From an uncultured cyanobacterium (GTDB lineage Bacteria; Cyanobacteriota; Cyanobacteriia; Phormidesmidales; Phormidesmidaceae), in contig CAWBZI010000001.1 of NCBI GenBank assembly GCA_963793265.1, positions 768,001 to 832,000 of the forward strand: a stretch of 64,000 bases of DNA. The letters run 5' to 3'. Every line of letters starts with the position of its first letter. The first letter of the stretch is position 1. Position numbers and translations under genes: made by a program. Shown here one piece after another: positions 39,115-50,490 of the stretch. The notes under the pieces are model-generated. The model did no database searches and had not been told where the DNA came from. It saw only the letters and a list, made by a program, of their open reading frames with translations.

Positions 39115-41751
39115 ATGCGCAAGGTTAAATTAAGAAAACGCCAGGACAGCAAGGACGCAGAGCATTCTAAGACAGCATCAAAGACTGCTAATGAAAATCA
39201 CATAGCCCAATCTAACGGCCTCTATTTTCAACTCGGCAATATAAAATTTCATTTAGGCGTTACCCAGCTCGCAATCGGCACTCTTATAATCGCCAGCAGC
39301 GTAGCTATCGGTAAACTTTTAGTCAATGACCCTAGAATTACTACGCAGACAGTTTTTGCAGCAACCGACCGGGTAACCACCGAAGCCTCACACATCTATG
39401 CAGTTAGCCCGAACGTGTTAGCGGTAGAGATTGCTGCGCCTGCGGTGACGATTGGCAAGCAGCAACCCTATGTGCCGCAGCCGAGTGATGCGGTGAGTGA
39501 TGTGGGCGATCGCACCATCTTGAAAAGATCGGGCCGCGTCATTGGAGAACTTGTTGGGCGCGATCGCAATCTCTTTTATCCCTACGATCACGTCACCCCT
39601 CAAACCCTCAACCTCGCCGCCGCCGACCGTCCCACCAGCTACCTCATCTCATCTACGCAAGATAGCAACTACACCGCCGCCACCCCGCCGCTCAACGTTT
39701 TTCGCAAAACCAAACCCACCGCCTTTTCCAGCGACGGCCCCAACGAAGCCCGCAGTTGGCCAGCCAGCCACACCCTTTACCTCACGCTCCCCGCCCCCAT
39801 AGAACCGGGCCAGACATACAATCTCAAGTTTCCCAGCCTGGGCCTAGCCGCTGCTAGTTTCAGATACGAGCCCGCCAGCAGCCGTAGTGAAGCCGTACAC
39901 GTCTCTCAGCTCGGCTTTCGCCCTGACGATCCGGTCAAAGTCGGCTACCTTTCTACCTGGATGGGCAACGGCGGCGGACTAGACTACACCGATGGACTGG
40001 GGTTTCAGGTGGTTAGTGAGCGAACGAATGCGCCGGTTTATCGTGGGCGATCGCTCCTCATCCGCCCGCAAAGGCAAACCGAAGACCCACGCGGCAACGA
40101 CTACACCCTCACCGAAGTCCACCAGCTTAACTTCAGCAACTTTAGCGAGCCCGGCGACTACCGCCTATGCGTAGACGGCGTAGGCTGCTCATTCAGCTTT
40201 GAAATCTCAACAGACGTATGGGATCAGGCATTCTTCATCTCAGCGCGCGGCTTCTATCACCAGCGCAGCGGCATCGAAATCGGCCCCCCCTTCACCCAGT
40301 TCACCCGCCCCCGCGCCTTCCACCCCGACGACGGCGTAAAAATCTATCAGGCCAACATCAGCCTTTTAGAAGTAGACATGGGCCTCGGCACCCGCTCAGC
40401 CTTTGAATCACTCGTAAACACCCAAACCAACAAAACCGTCCCGAACGCTTGGGGCGGCTACTTCGATGCAGGCGACTGGGACAGACGCATCCAGCACCTC
40501 ACCGTCCCCCGCAGCCTTTTAGAGCTAAACAACCTCTTCCCACAGCACTTCCGCTCCATCAGTCTCAACATCCCAGAATCCACCAACGCTCTCCCCGACA
40601 TCTTGGACGAAGCCTTGTGGTCGTTAGACTTCTTCCGCCGCCTACAAACTGAAGACGGCGGCATTCGCGGCGGCATTGAATCCGCAGAGCATCCCAACTA
40701 CGGCGAAGCGAGCTGGCAGGAATCGCTGCCGGTTATGGCCTACGCGCCCGATGTCTGGTCAAGCTATCTGTACGCAGGGGTCGCGGCTCGCGCGGCCTAT
40801 ACGCTCCGCAACTACGATCCACAGATCGCCGCCACCTATCAACAAAGTGCGCTAAGGGCAATGGCTTACGGCGAAGCTCACTATGTTGAATACAAAGCAG
40901 CCCATCATGCAGGCGAACTTCAGCACCACGTTAGAGATCAGCGCAATCTTGCCGCTTTAGAGCTATACCGACTCACTCGCAATACTCAATGGCATGACGT
41001 ATTTTTAGCCACCACCGTATTCAAAGATCCTCAAGCTGAAGCTTCTATTTACGCCAGCCACGAACAGCGCGACGCAGCTTTCTTATATTCCAGACTTAAT
41101 GAATCTATTGCTGAAAAGAACAATATTGATAGCAGCAATAAAACGAGTGACGAAGCAAGCAAAACAAATGGGCAACAGCAACAACCTCTCGCTGTAAACG
41201 CGCAGGTGCAGACCAACGCTCGCGCGTCGTTCCTTCGCTACGCGGACGCACTGGTTGCCCTGACAAAAACAACAGCTTTCGGCTGGAGCAAAGAACATCC
41301 TGATGCGCCGCTGGGCTGGGGAAATGGCTTAGGCGCACCTAAAAGCGTTAATCTTTTGCAGGCTCACGCCCTTACTCAAGATCCTAAGTATCTGACAGCG
41401 GGTATTAACAGTACGCAGTTTTCGGGAGGGGCTAATCCTGAGAATATGGTGTTTACGACTGGGCTGGGTGAGCGATCGCCCCAAAACCCCCTCGTCATCG
41501 ATCAGCGCATCACCGCCCAAACCCCACCCCCCGGCATCACCGTCTACGGCCCCGCTGACTTCAACGCCTACCGCGACTACTGGGCCTTACGCGAGCTTGA
41601 GCAGTTCACCTTCCCCTCCCCCTGGCAATGGCCCGCCGTAGAAAACTACTTCGACGTATACCTCTACCCCATCGGCGCAGAATTCACCGTAGACTACATG
41701 GTGTCAGCCACCTACACCTGGGGCTACCTAGCCGCCCGCCCCAGCCTATGA
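39115..41751 (+). CDS. Glycoside hydrolase family 9 with Ig-like domain and N-terminal membrane anchor
   Basis: VHVSQLGF, GFYHQRSG, WGGYFDAGDWDR, GANPEN and C-terminal YFD...AEFTV. Confidence 0.88.
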   Translation: MRKVKLRKRQDSKDAEHSKTASKTANENHIAQSNGLYFQLGNIKFHLGVTQLAIGTLIIASSVAIGKLLVNDPRITTQTVFAATDRVTTEASHIYAVSPNVLAVEIAAPAVTIGKQQPYVPQPSDAVSDVGDRTILKRSGRVIGELVGRDRNLFYPYDHVTPQTLNLAAADRPTSYLISSTQDSNYTAATPPLNVFRKTKPTAFSSDGPNEARSWPASHTLYLTLPAPIEPGQTYNLKFPSLGLAAASFRYEPASSRSEAVHVSQLGFRPDDPVKVGYLSTWMGNGGGLDYTDGLGFQVVSERTNAPVYRGRSLLIRPQRQTEDPRGNDYTLTEVHQLNFSNFSEPGDYRLCVDGVGCSFSFEISTDVWDQAFFISARGFYHQRSGIEIGPPFTQFTRPRAFHPDDGVKIYQANISLLEVDMGLGTRSAFESLVNTQTNKTVPNAWGGYFDAGDWDRRIQHLTVPRSLLELNNLFPQHFRSISLNIPESTNALPDILDEALWSLDFFRRLQTEDGGIRGGIESAEHPNYGEASWQESLPVMAYAPDVWSSYLYAGVAARAAYTLRNYDPQIAATYQQSALRAMAYGEAHYVEYKAAHHAGELQHHVRDQRNLAALELYRLTRNTQWHDVFLATTVFKDPQAEASIYASHEQRDAAFLYSRLNESIAEKNNIDSSNKTSDEASKTNGQQQQPLAVNAQVQTNARASFLRYADALVALTKTTAFGWSKEHPDAPLGWGNGLGAPKSVNLLQAHALTQDPKYLTAGINSTQFSGGANPENMVFTTGLGERSPQNPLVIDQRITAQTPPPGITVYGPADFNAYRDYWALRELEQFTFPSPWQWPAVENYFDVYLYPIGAEFTVDYMVSATYTWGYLAARPSL

Positions 41752-41769
41752 GTACGCTCAATGAAATTC

Positions 41770-43047
41770 TCAAGTTAGCAATCTGAGCGGATAGGTCTTG
41801 CGCGGAATAGATTCTGTCTGAGCGGATGCAAAGGCGGTTTTCATACGAATAATATGCTTGGCGATTTGCTTAGAAATAGATGGAGGAACAGCATCACCAA
41901 TTTGGTTGTACTTAGCCGAAACTGGCCCCTCGAAAAAGTACGTAGGGGAGAAACCTTGCAACAGAGACATCTCTCTAACGTTAGCAATCTGTCTTGTTCA
42001 GGATGTACATACCGCCCGTTGCCAACATGACTACATTCGCGCGTATAGTTGCCGCACGGTACTAACCGTTAGCAATCTGTCTTGTTCAGGATGTACATAC
42101 CGCCCGTTGCCAACATGACTACATTCGCGCGTTATAGTTGCCGCAACGGTGTCCCATTCCAGTCTTCCATAAACATCTGGGAAAGAACCAGGTCTAGCGC
42201 GAAACATCGAAGGAATTAAGAGAGTATGCTTTTCGTCTTCAGACAAACTAGGATCGTTCATAACATCGCCCCAAGAACCGCCATTCTTTGGGATAGCTTG
42301 AATTCTTCTTTGCACAGCTAATGTCATTCCAGGCGCAACATGCATAGAGTCAGTAGGATGCACTTCCCCAGCGCATATCATTGGCAAATGGCCAATAGCC
42401 TCTCGTACTGTTGTTTGCCTATCAGCAGGCACTAGGGGACTATCGCTAACAAAACCATGGTCGCGCCGTGCAATCACGATGGCTCTTGTTCTCCGCTGGG
42501 GCAGTCCATAGTCAGAGAGATTATGAATACCAGAATATACTGAGTAATTCAAATTATTCAGATAAGCACAAAGCGCTTGAAAGTGATGCGATTGTTTGCC
42601 ATTCAGAAATTCTTTAACATTCTCCATTACCAGGAACTCAGGAAGAAATTCCTCTACAAAAGAAGCCATTCGAACAACCAATCTATTACGAGGATCGTCT
42701 TCTGAATGATTCCTCGCGTTTTTTTGAGAGAATCCAGTACACGGAGGGCAAGCGAGAAGTATGTCTAGCTCTCCCCTTTCTAGGCACAACTCTTGACGAT
42801 ATGCCTGCGGGCTCAAAGTTAACAAATCAGCATACTTAGGATCTACTCCAATATTTCGACGATAGGTAGAGTTACACCTCGTCGAACTTGCTTTATGCTT
42901 TCCCCTGCCAGGTTTTGCAACTTCACAGTCAACAGCACCAACGATTGCGAAGTAATCGTCATAAGCATGGAAACCTGCGCTCATGCCCCCACAGCCCGAA
43001 AATAAATCAACGACCTTCCATAAAAACTGAGGTGTGTGACTACTCAT
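41770..43047 (-). pseudogene. DNA (cytosine-5)-methyltransferase split by an internal duplication of about 87 bp
   Basis: DLFSGCGG (I), PPCTGFS (IV), MENV (VI), PQRRTR (VIII); motifs IX-X (REMSLLQGF, QIGDAVPP) lie in a separate ORF beyond the duplication. Confidence 0.85.
41975..42150. repeat. Tandem duplication within the MTase gene
   Basis: 41975-42060 versus 42062-42150; the first copy lacks one base in each of three dinucleotide runs. Confidence 0.93.
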
Positions 43048-43165
43048 AAGCGGATTGGAAGTAGAGAAAGCCAAAGCTAATGTAACACATTGTATGACAG
43101 ACATAAAAGACAGCCTTTGGTAGCCTTTTGTGATGTAACACAATGCCACACAATGTATTTCGCTT

Positions 43166-43453
43166 ATGCCAAAGGCACCTAAAACTGAATTCCTTCAGAT
43201 CCGTTTGACTGTAGAGGATCGTGAAAGAATTATGCGTATCGCATCAAGCGACCATTTGGAGCCGTCCACCTGGGCAAGACGAGTGAAAACTGAATTCCTT
43301 CAGATCCGTTTGACTGTAGAGGATCGTGAAAGAATTATGCGTATCGCATCAAGCGACCATTTGGAGCCGTCCACCTGGGCAAGACGAGTCCTTTTGAAAG
43401 CAGTAGAGGATTGGGAACAGCTCAACCTATCGAACAGCAATGAGAGTACGTAG
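43166..43453 (+). CDS. Ribbon-helix-helix putative R-M controller, with an in-frame 35-aa duplication
   Basis: KTEFLQIRLTVEDRERIMRIASSDHLEPSTWARRV twice; beta-alpha-alpha pattern; lies between the MTase and REase. Confidence 0.72.
   Translation: MPKAPKTEFLQIRLTVEDRERIMRIASSDHLEPSTWARRVKTEFLQIRLTVEDRERIMRIASSDHLEPSTWARRVLLKAVEDWEQLNLSNSNEST
43181..43389. repeat. Exact 104-bp tandem duplication (period 105)
   Basis: 43181-43284 equals 43286-43389. Confidence 0.95.
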
Positions 43454-43461
43454 GCTGAGGA

Positions 43462-44443
43462 ATGCTTGTTCCAAACCCAGACACTTTACTAGAGCAGTTG
43501 TATGAACTTGCCCCGCAGCTCACTGCGACCCGGTTGACTTTACTCAATCAAATGGCAATTGCGCTTCAAACTGAGTTTGAGGGATCGCTAGAAGCAAATA
43601 GTGATTTTGCTACGCCCATATTCTATGAGTACTTCGCTTGCCGCTTGCTAATTCACCATGCGGTAGTAGAAGAAAAGCTAAATAAGAAATCATTCGAGTA
43701 TATATTTCGAGATGCACTGCGACATGATGGAAAACCAGCGCGTCTTACGCTCAGTAGCGTACATCCTGGCGCTGACCTCATACTAGATGAGACTAGGTTT
43801 TCGCTAAGAAAACATATTCTATGAGTACTTCGCTTGCCGCTTGCTAATTCACCATGCGGTAGTAGAAGAAAAGCTAAATAAGAAATCATTCGAGTATATA
43901 TTTCGAGATGCACTGCGACATGATGGAAAACCAGCGCGTCTTACGCTCAGTAGCGTACATCCTGGCGCTGACCTCATACTAGATGAGACTAGGTTTTCGC
44001 TCAAGACCGAGGCATCAAGAGGCATTCGAGCTACAAAAATCACTATTTCTAAGCTTATGGAGGCGCGTTGGATTCGCGACAAAGACAAATTTGGCTTAGC
44101 ACAAGAATCGGTACGAAGGCTGAGTGATCACCTTCAAGGTTACGACCGAATCGTGATGCTTCGGGCCGCTTACCTAGCCTCAGAACAAGTGAAATATGAC
44201 TTGGTAGAAATCCCTCATGAGCTGTTAGCGCTAGCCACTCAAATAGGGGTAGAAGATATTGCGATCAGTAGAGGGCGTAGTGGTGGTGGGAGTGCCGTTG
44301 TCCGGCAAAATGGACGAGCCGTTTTCACACTGAAATTTGACGGAAGCGTAGAAAAGATAACGATCACAAATTTGCTGATAGAGCATTGTACTATCCATGC
44401 AACTTGGACAATCCCGCTAATCACGACATATCAACCCCAGTAA
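43462..44443 (+). pseudogene. Type II restriction endonuclease, SmaI-like, split by a 196-bp duplication
   Basis: Removing one copy gives a 261-aa ORF; RLLIHH, HPGADL..FSLKTEA, ISKLME, LVEIP, FDG and EHCTIHATW resemble R.SmaI as recalled. Confidence 0.75.
43617..44001. repeat. Tandem duplication (period 196) within the REase gene
   Basis: 43617-43805 equals 43813-44001. Confidence 0.95.
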
Positions 44444-44521
44444 ATATTATCTGTCGCTCGCGCCCTTCATCCTTCATAATGAAAAGGTTTTATTTATAGT
44501 AGTCATTACCTGCTTGTCGCC

Positions 44522-46330
44522 ATGCGTAGCTTTTATTGCGGTCACCTCCGAGCTGAGCACATCGAAAAGACCGTCACGCTCTACGGCTGGGTCGATCGCA
44601 GGCGCGACCATGGCGGCGTCGTATTTCTAGATTTGCGCGATCGCACCGGCACCGTCCAAATCGTCAGCGACCCCGAGCGCACCCCCGACTCCTACCCCAT
44701 CGCTGAAGAAGTCCGCAACGAATACGTCGTTAAAGTGGTAGGCCGCGTCACCCAGCGCCCCGAAGAGTCGCTCAATCCCAAGCTCCCTACCGGCCAGGTA
44801 GAAATTTACGCCGACGAGCTAACTATCCTTAACGCCGTGCGCAAGCAGATGCCCTTCCAGGTATCGACCGCCGATGAAGAAAACGTGCGCGAAGACCTGC
44901 GGCTAAAGTATCGATATTTAGATTTGAGACGCGATCGCATGGCCCGCAACATGCGCCTGCGCCACAACATCATCAAATCCATCCGCCGATTCCTTGAAGA
45001 CCAGGAAGACTTCATGGAAATCGAAACCCCCATCCTCACCCGCTCCACCCCCGAAGGCGCGCGCGACTTCATCCTGCCCTCCCGCGTTAACGAAGGCGAC
45101 TGGTTCGCCCTGCCCCAATCACCCCAGCTATTCAAGCAAATCCTCATGGTGGCGGGGATGGATCGCTACTATCAGGTCGCCCGCTGCTTCCGCGACGAAG
45201 ACTTGCGAGCCGACCGCCAGCCCGAGTTCACCCAGCTCGACATGGAAATGAGCTTCATGGACGAAGAAGAAATTCTCGCTCTCAACGAACGCCTGCTCGC
45301 CTACGTCTTCAAAGCCGTCAAAGACATCGACATTCCCACGCCCTTCCCCCGGCTCACCTACGCCGAGGCCATGGATCGCTACGGCAGCGACAAGCCCGAT
45401 ACCCGCTACGGCCTAGAGCTAGTAGACGTTTCAGATATTGTTAAAGAGTCTGGATTCAAGGTGTTTTCGGGCGCGGTTTCTAGCGGCGGACAGGTGAAGG
45501 TGCTGCCGATTCCTAACGGTAACGACGCGATTTCTAATGTGAGAATTAAGCCCAAAGGCGATCTATTTAAGGTTGCTACCGATGCAGGTGCGCGAGGAGT
45601 GGCCTACATTCGAGTGCGTGAAGACGGTGAGATTGACACGATTGGCGCGATTAAAGACAATCTTACGCCTGAGCAAAAGCAGACGCTATTAGAGAGAACG
45701 GGCGCACAGCCAGGGCATTTACTGCTCTTTGGGGCGGGCGATGTGAGTACGGTGAATGCGACTTTGGATAAACTGAGACAGGCGATCGCACAAGAACTCA
45801 AGCTCATCGACGAAAGCAAAACCAACCTGCTCTGGATCACCGAATTCCCCATGTTCGAGTGGAACGCCGACGAGAACCGCTACGAAGCTTTGCACCATCC
45901 CTTCACCGCACCGCATCCCGAAGATATTGACGACCTCACCACCGCCCGCGCCGTTGCCTACGACATCGTATATAACGGCTACGAAATCGGCGGCGGCTCC
46001 CTGCGCATTTACCAGCCTGACGTGCAGGCCAAAGTCTTTGAAACCATCGGCCTTTCTGAGGAAGAAGCCAACGATAAGTTTGGCTTTTTGCTAGAGGCGT
46101 TTGAGTACGGCACACCGCCGCATGGGGGCATTGCTTACGGGCTCGACAGGCTTGTAATGCTGCTAGCTGGTGAGCAGTCTATTCGAGAAGCGATCGCCTT
46201 CCCCAAAACCCAACAGGCCCGCGATTTACTCACCAACGCCCCTTCAGGCGTAGACGACAGTCAGCTTCGAGATTTGCACGTCAAATCGACCTTTAAGCCC
46301 AAGGCAAAAGCGGAAGAGAAAAAGAGCTAG
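44522..46330 (+). CDS. aspS: Aspartate--tRNA ligase
   Basis: [42 protein letters not shown] and [12 protein letters not shown]. Confidence 0.97.
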   Translation: MRSFYCGHLRAEHIEKTVTLYGWVDRRRDHGGVVFLDLRDRTGTVQIVSDPERTPDSYPIAEEVRNEYVVKVVGRVTQRPEESLNPKLPTGQVEIYADELTILNAVRKQMPFQVSTADEENVREDLRLKYRYLDLRRDRMARNMRLRHNIIKSIRRFLEDQEDFMEIETPILTRSTPEGARDFILPSRVNEGDWFALPQSPQLFKQILMVAGMDRYYQVARCFRDEDLRADRQPEFTQLDMEMSFMDEEEILALNERLLAYVFKAVKDIDIPTPFPRLTYAEAMDRYGSDKPDTRYGLELVDVSDIVKESGFKVFSGAVSSGGQVKVLPIPNGNDAISNVRIKPKGDLFKVATDAGARGVAYIRVREDGEIDTIGAIKDNLTPEQKQTLLERTGAQPGHLLLFGAGDVSTVNATLDKLRQAIAQELKLIDESKTNLLWITEFPMFEWNADENRYEALHHPFTAPHPEDIDDLTTARAVAYDIVYNGYEIGGGSLRIYQPDVQAKVFETIGLSEEEANDKFGFLLEAFEYGTPPHGGIAYGLDRLVMLLAGEQSIREAIAFPKTQQARDLLTNAPSGVDDSQLRDLHVKSTFKPKAKAEEKKS

Positions 46331-46460
46331 GCCGAAACAACCCAAGCGAAGCAGAGAGATAAAGAGACTCTGAAGCCTTAGCCCTATAGGCTGAATTCTC
46401 ACGTGTCTCTTAGGCAACTACGTTAGGATCAGGCGCAAGCATTTCGCCTTAGCCCTTTTC

Positions 46461-46781
46461 ATGTTCATTGCGCTGACAATTATCATTGGTCTAATCCCAG
46501 CCGCCGTTTCTCTCTTCGTTTGCCTATACTCACGCAGGCAATTTCAGCAAAGCCTGCACATCGCCGCCGACCGTGCCGCCCAAGAACGGTTTCGCTACCT
46601 CAGCGATCGCCCACGCAACCCTGACGCCCACTACGTCGAAGGCATGGGCATGGTCATAGGCGACATCACCTGTCAGCTCAACGCCAGATCGCCCTTTTTG
46701 CGGTGCGCTCCTAATCCCTCCGGCCCCTGTGAAGGATGCCGAGAGTATGAAGGCAAAGAGTACGACAAAGAAGGCTGCTAG
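46461..46781 (+). CDS. DUF6464-like protein
   Basis: N-terminal TM; IGDITCQLNARSPFLRCAPNPSGPCEGC. Confidence 0.78.
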   Translation: MFIALTIIIGLIPAAVSLFVCLYSRRQFQQSLHIAADRAAQERFRYLSDRPRNPDAHYVEGMGMVIGDITCQLNARSPFLRCAPNPSGPCEGCREYEGKEYDKEGC

Positions 46782-46825
46782 ATCCGGCTCCCTTCTCCTT
46801 CGGGAGAAGGGCTGGGGATGAGGGC
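46781..46825 (-). repeat. Half copy of the REP-like element at 11928
   Basis: Reverse complement GCCCTCATCCCCAGCCCTTCTCCCGAAGGAGAAGGGAGCCGGAT resembles the first half of that element; between convergent genes. Confidence 0.7.
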
Positions 46826-46850
46826 GACGAGAATGCATGAAACAACCAAT

Positions 46851-48110
46851 TCACCTCAGCCGCAACCAACCTTCCACCCGCTCAACCAGCCCATCCACCT
46901 CCGACTCCAAAGACAGATAGTGCACACACGCCCGCACGCAGTTAGGCGACAGCAGCGTCCGCAAATAAATCTTCTGTCCCTCCAAATCCTTCACCAACCC
47001 GCCGTGCAGCTCAGGGCTCGGCATCCCATCCTTCATAAGCTGAAAAGACACCAACCCCGATGGCGGTGGCCCCTCCGTCAGCAAACACGCCACCCCATCC
47101 AACTCTCGCAATCCCTGCCACAGCCGATCACTCAACGCGCAAATCCGCCCGTAGCGTTCCGCACTCGACCCCCAGCTATCTTGCAGTGCGATCGCTGCTT
47201 TCAACCCACTCCACAAAGGATAGTCAGAAGTCGCCACCTCATACCGCCGCCCGTCCGGCGTCCACCCCGCAGGTTCTCCAGCCTCATTCACATTAATGCC
47301 ACGCCAGCCTACAAACGTCGGAGCCGTCTGCGCCAAAGCCTCCGGCCTGACATACAGCGCCCCAAGCCCCGCCGGGCCGCACCACCACTTATGCCCGGTA
47401 AAAGCGTAGTAGTCCACCTCAGTATCAGACAACAGCCAGTCGGGTTGATCCAACGGTAGCGAGCCCGCCGACTGCGCTGCATCTACCAGCACCCGAGTCT
47501 GAGGTGCATTGCTATGACAAGCTGCAACAATCTCCTTCAGCGGCAACACCTGCCCTGTATTCCATAGAATATGGCTAATGATCACCAGCCGAGTGTTTGG
47601 CTGTAGCCCCTGCTCAATCACCGCCACCGGATCGCCGCCGTTCATCGTCGCTGATAACGAACAAGTGCTCACCTGCAAGTCATACCGGCGGCTCAGCTCC
47701 GCAACCGCAGCCACCACACCCGGATGCTCGCAGTCTCCTAGCAAAATATGGTCGCCGCTCTGCCAGGGCAACCCCCACAGCGGAATATTGCAGCCCACCG
47801 TCACGTTTTCAGTAAGCGTAATCGTTTCAGGCACGGTGCCCAAAGCGCGGGCGATCGCCCCTCTCACCGCCACCCCTTCCGAACTTAGCCAGGCATACGC
47901 CGCACTCGAAAACGGCCCCTCCGTCTGAATTTTGAGCTGCGACTGATGTACAGCAGCGATCGCACTATCGGCCATCGGCCCCTGACCGCCATAGTTAAAA
48001 TACTGCTTGTTTGCCAGCGGCGAAAACTGCTGCCGGTGCCGCACAACTGAGCTGTCATCTATCAAACTGGCATCTGTCGAACTGGCTTTAGCGGTCGAAT
48101 GAGCTACCAA
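46851..48110 (-). CDS. Class V PLP-dependent enzyme, L-cysteine/cystine lyase (C-DES)-like
   Basis: YFNYGGQG, SHILWNTG, VDAAQS, FTGHKWWCGPAG and RACVHY. Confidence 0.88.
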   Translation of the reverse strand: MVAHSTAKASSTDASLIDDSSVVRHRQQFSPLANKQYFNYGGQGPMADSAIAAVHQSQLKIQTEGPFSSAAYAWLSSEGVAVRGAIARALGTVPETITLTENVTVGCNIPLWGLPWQSGDHILLGDCEHPGVVAAVAELSRRYDLQVSTCSLSATMNGGDPVAVIEQGLQPNTRLVIISHILWNTGQVLPLKEIVAACHSNAPQTRVLVDAAQSAGSLPLDQPDWLLSDTEVDYYAFTGHKWWCGPAGLGALYVRPEALAQTAPTFVGWRGINVNEAGEPAGWTPDGRRYEVATSDYPLWSGLKAAIALQDSWGSSAERYGRICALSDRLWQGLRELDGVACLLTEGPPPSGLVSFQLMKDGMPSPELHGGLVKDLEGQKIYLRTLLSPNCVRACVHYLSLESEVDGLVERVEGWLRLR

Positions 48111-48182
48111 TGTAAAATCCCTCTAACAAAATAATCGCTGTCTACTACTCTAAATAACAAACTCACCCGTCGAATTAGGTTT

Positions 48183-48740
48183 ATGTCAAAACTCAAAAGC
48201 GCTCGCCCGCAGAAAACAGCACTCACACTTGCCAGCGCCTTTATATTGAGCGCGATCGCTAGCTGTAGCAACACCGTCTCCCAGTGCAAACAATTTGCCG
48301 ACATCACTCAGCAGTATCAAACCCTCAGAACCGAATTTGAAGAAGATTTAGGCAGCGCTCAGATCATGATATCTAGTGCGCAGAGCTTAGCAGATACCCA
48401 TCAGGCGGCTGACCGCTACATTGATGTCATCAGCACTACCGCCAGTGAAATCAATGAGATGGCCCAAAGTCTCAGCGGGCTTGATATTTCCGACGAACAG
48501 CTTGCCGAGTATCGAGAAAACTACGTGATTACGCTTACCGGCTCCGAAGCAGCCCTAGAATCAGCCAGTGACGCGATGCAGCTCGTACGCGATGCCAAAA
48601 CAGAAGAAGACTTAAGAAAAGTTTTTAACGAGCATCAGTCAAAAGGCACTCGCGCCTACAACGACTACCTGACGATGAACAGCCGAGAAGCACCGCTGAT
48701 CGAACAAATTAACGCCTACTGCAGCGAGCCACCTCAATAG
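48183..48740 (+). CDS. Putative lipoprotein
   Basis: Lipobox-like IASC after a hydrophobic stretch; helical body. Confidence 0.7.
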   Translation: MSKLKSARPQKTALTLASAFILSAIASCSNTVSQCKQFADITQQYQTLRTEFEEDLGSAQIMISSAQSLADTHQAADRYIDVISTTASEINEMAQSLSGLDISDEQLAEYRENYVITLTGSEAALESASDAMQLVRDAKTEEDLRKVFNEHQSKGTRAYNDYLTMNSREAPLIEQINAYCSEPPQ

Positions 48741-48861
48741 ACGATTCTTTAGGAATCTAGAAAAACTGACTGTTCAACCAGAGTGGTATTTGAGTAGATG
48801 AACACCAGAGCGATAAGATCTGAGCCGTAAGGCTATCGTTCTGTTCTATTTTATCTCTGGT

Positions 48862-50214
48862 GTGGTGATGACTTTCTTGCAGCTAATTGATGCGGCCCCT
48901 CATAAAACTCTAGAAGTTGATGGCAGCAAAGCCGGGCCGCTAATCGGAGAAATTACCGTACCCGGCGATAAGTCAATTTCCCACCGTTCGCTGATGCTGG
49001 GCGCGATCGCTCAAGGCACCACCCGCATCAAAGGACTCCTCTTGGGCGAAGATCCTCGCAGCACCGCCGCCTGCTTCAGCGCCATGGGAGCCAAAATATC
49101 CGAACTAGAAAACGAGTGGATCACCGTAGAAGGCACAGGCGGAAAACTGCAAGAACCCGATGACGTTTTAGACACCGGCAACTCAGGCACCACCTTTCGA
49201 CTCATGCTTGGCCTGCTCGCCTCCCAGCCCAACAAATTCTTCGCAGTGACCGGCGACGACTCCATCCGCGCTCGCCCCATGAAGCGCGTCATCGCTCCGC
49301 TGACCGAAATGGGAGCCACCATCGCAGGCAAAGCCGACAACACCCTCGCCCCCCTCGGCGTAAAAGGCCAGCAGCTCCGCCCCTTCCACTACCACTCACC
49401 GATCGCCTCTGCCCAGGTCAAATCCTGCCTCCTGCTCGCGGGCCTTTCTATCAACGGCGACACCACCGTCACCGAACCCAGCCTCTCTCGCGACCACAGC
49501 GAAAGAATGCTAAAAGCCTTTGGTGCAAACCTCTCCATCGACCACACCACCAATAGCGTCACCCTCCACGGCCCCGCCCAGCTCACCGGCCAAACCGTCA
49601 TCGTCCCTGGAGACATCAGCTCAGCGGCCTTCTGGCTCGTCGCCGCTGCCATCACCCCCGGCTCTAACCTGCTGATCAAAAACGTAGGCATTAACCCAAC
49701 TCGCACAGGCGTATTGGAAGCATTAGCCGCGATGGAAGCTGATATCACGCTAGAAAATGAGCGCGATGTAACCGGCGAACCCGTAGCCGATCTGCGTGTA
49801 CGGCACAGTTCGCTCGTCGGCTGCACCATCGGCGGCGACCTGATTCCTCGATTGATCGACGAGGTGCCAGCCTTGGCGGTCGCTGCGCTGTTTGCTCAAG
49901 GCACGACTGAAATTACAGATGCGGCTGAGCTGAGGGTAAAAGAGAGCGATCGCCTTGCCGTTATGGCCGCATCACTCACGCAGATGGGCGGCAAAGTCAC
50001 CGAACATCCCGAAGGCTTAGAAATTGTTGGCATGGGGGCTAACGCGAAGCTCACTGCCGCCAGGCTAGACAGCTACACCGACCACCGAATTGCTATGAGT
50101 TTGGCCGTTGCCACCACGCGCGCTACGGGCACCTCTCACATTCACCGGGCCGAAGCCGCTGCCGTCTCCTACCCCGACTTTATGGAAACCCTAGCCAGCT
50201 TTAGCCAAAAGTAA
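48862..50214 (+). CDS. aroA: 3-phosphoshikimate 1-carboxyvinyltransferase (EPSP synthase)
   Basis: [30 protein letters not shown] and DHRIAM. Confidence 0.97.
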   Translation: MVMTFLQLIDAAPHKTLEVDGSKAGPLIGEITVPGDKSISHRSLMLGAIAQGTTRIKGLLLGEDPRSTAACFSAMGAKISELENEWITVEGTGGKLQEPDDVLDTGNSGTTFRLMLGLLASQPNKFFAVTGDDSIRARPMKRVIAPLTEMGATIAGKADNTLAPLGVKGQQLRPFHYHSPIASAQVKSCLLLAGLSINGDTTVTEPSLSRDHSERMLKAFGANLSIDHTTNSVTLHGPAQLTGQTVIVPGDISSAAFWLVAAAITPGSNLLIKNVGINPTRTGVLEALAAMEADITLENERDVTGEPVADLRVRHSSLVGCTIGGDLIPRLIDEVPALAVAALFAQGTTEITDAAELRVKESDRLAVMAASLTQMGGKVTEHPEGLEIVGMGANAKLTAARLDSYTDHRIAMSLAVATTRATGTSHIHRAEAAAVSYPDFMETLASFSQK

Positions 50215-50490
50215 ACAGCCAGGAGCAGACTTAGGAAACAATACCTATCTCAAACCAGTCACCAGTTCAAACAGCTAGATTACGGTTCTCCTCATTAACC
50301 CCAAAAGTGCCTTATCTTAGGCTACTTTTCAAGCATCTACCTACCCAAGTTTGATCCCGCACTGACGCGCGCGGGCACCCTATACCTATCCAACCAGCTT
50401 GAGTTTGGCCGCATAAAATGGCCCGTAACGCGCTGATTTTCACCGACTGTCTTTTCCCTCTATCGGAAGACGTAAGGGCTTAAAACGTTC

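Noticed and set aside
43048..43149. N-terminal extension of the MTase ORF to 43149
   Set aside because: It would cover the divergent promoter; ATG 43047 places motif I at the usual N-terminal position
41975..44001. Repeats as a CRISPR array or IS target-site duplications
   Set aside because: Three unrelated two-copy duplications of coding sequence, with no spacers, cas genes or transposase
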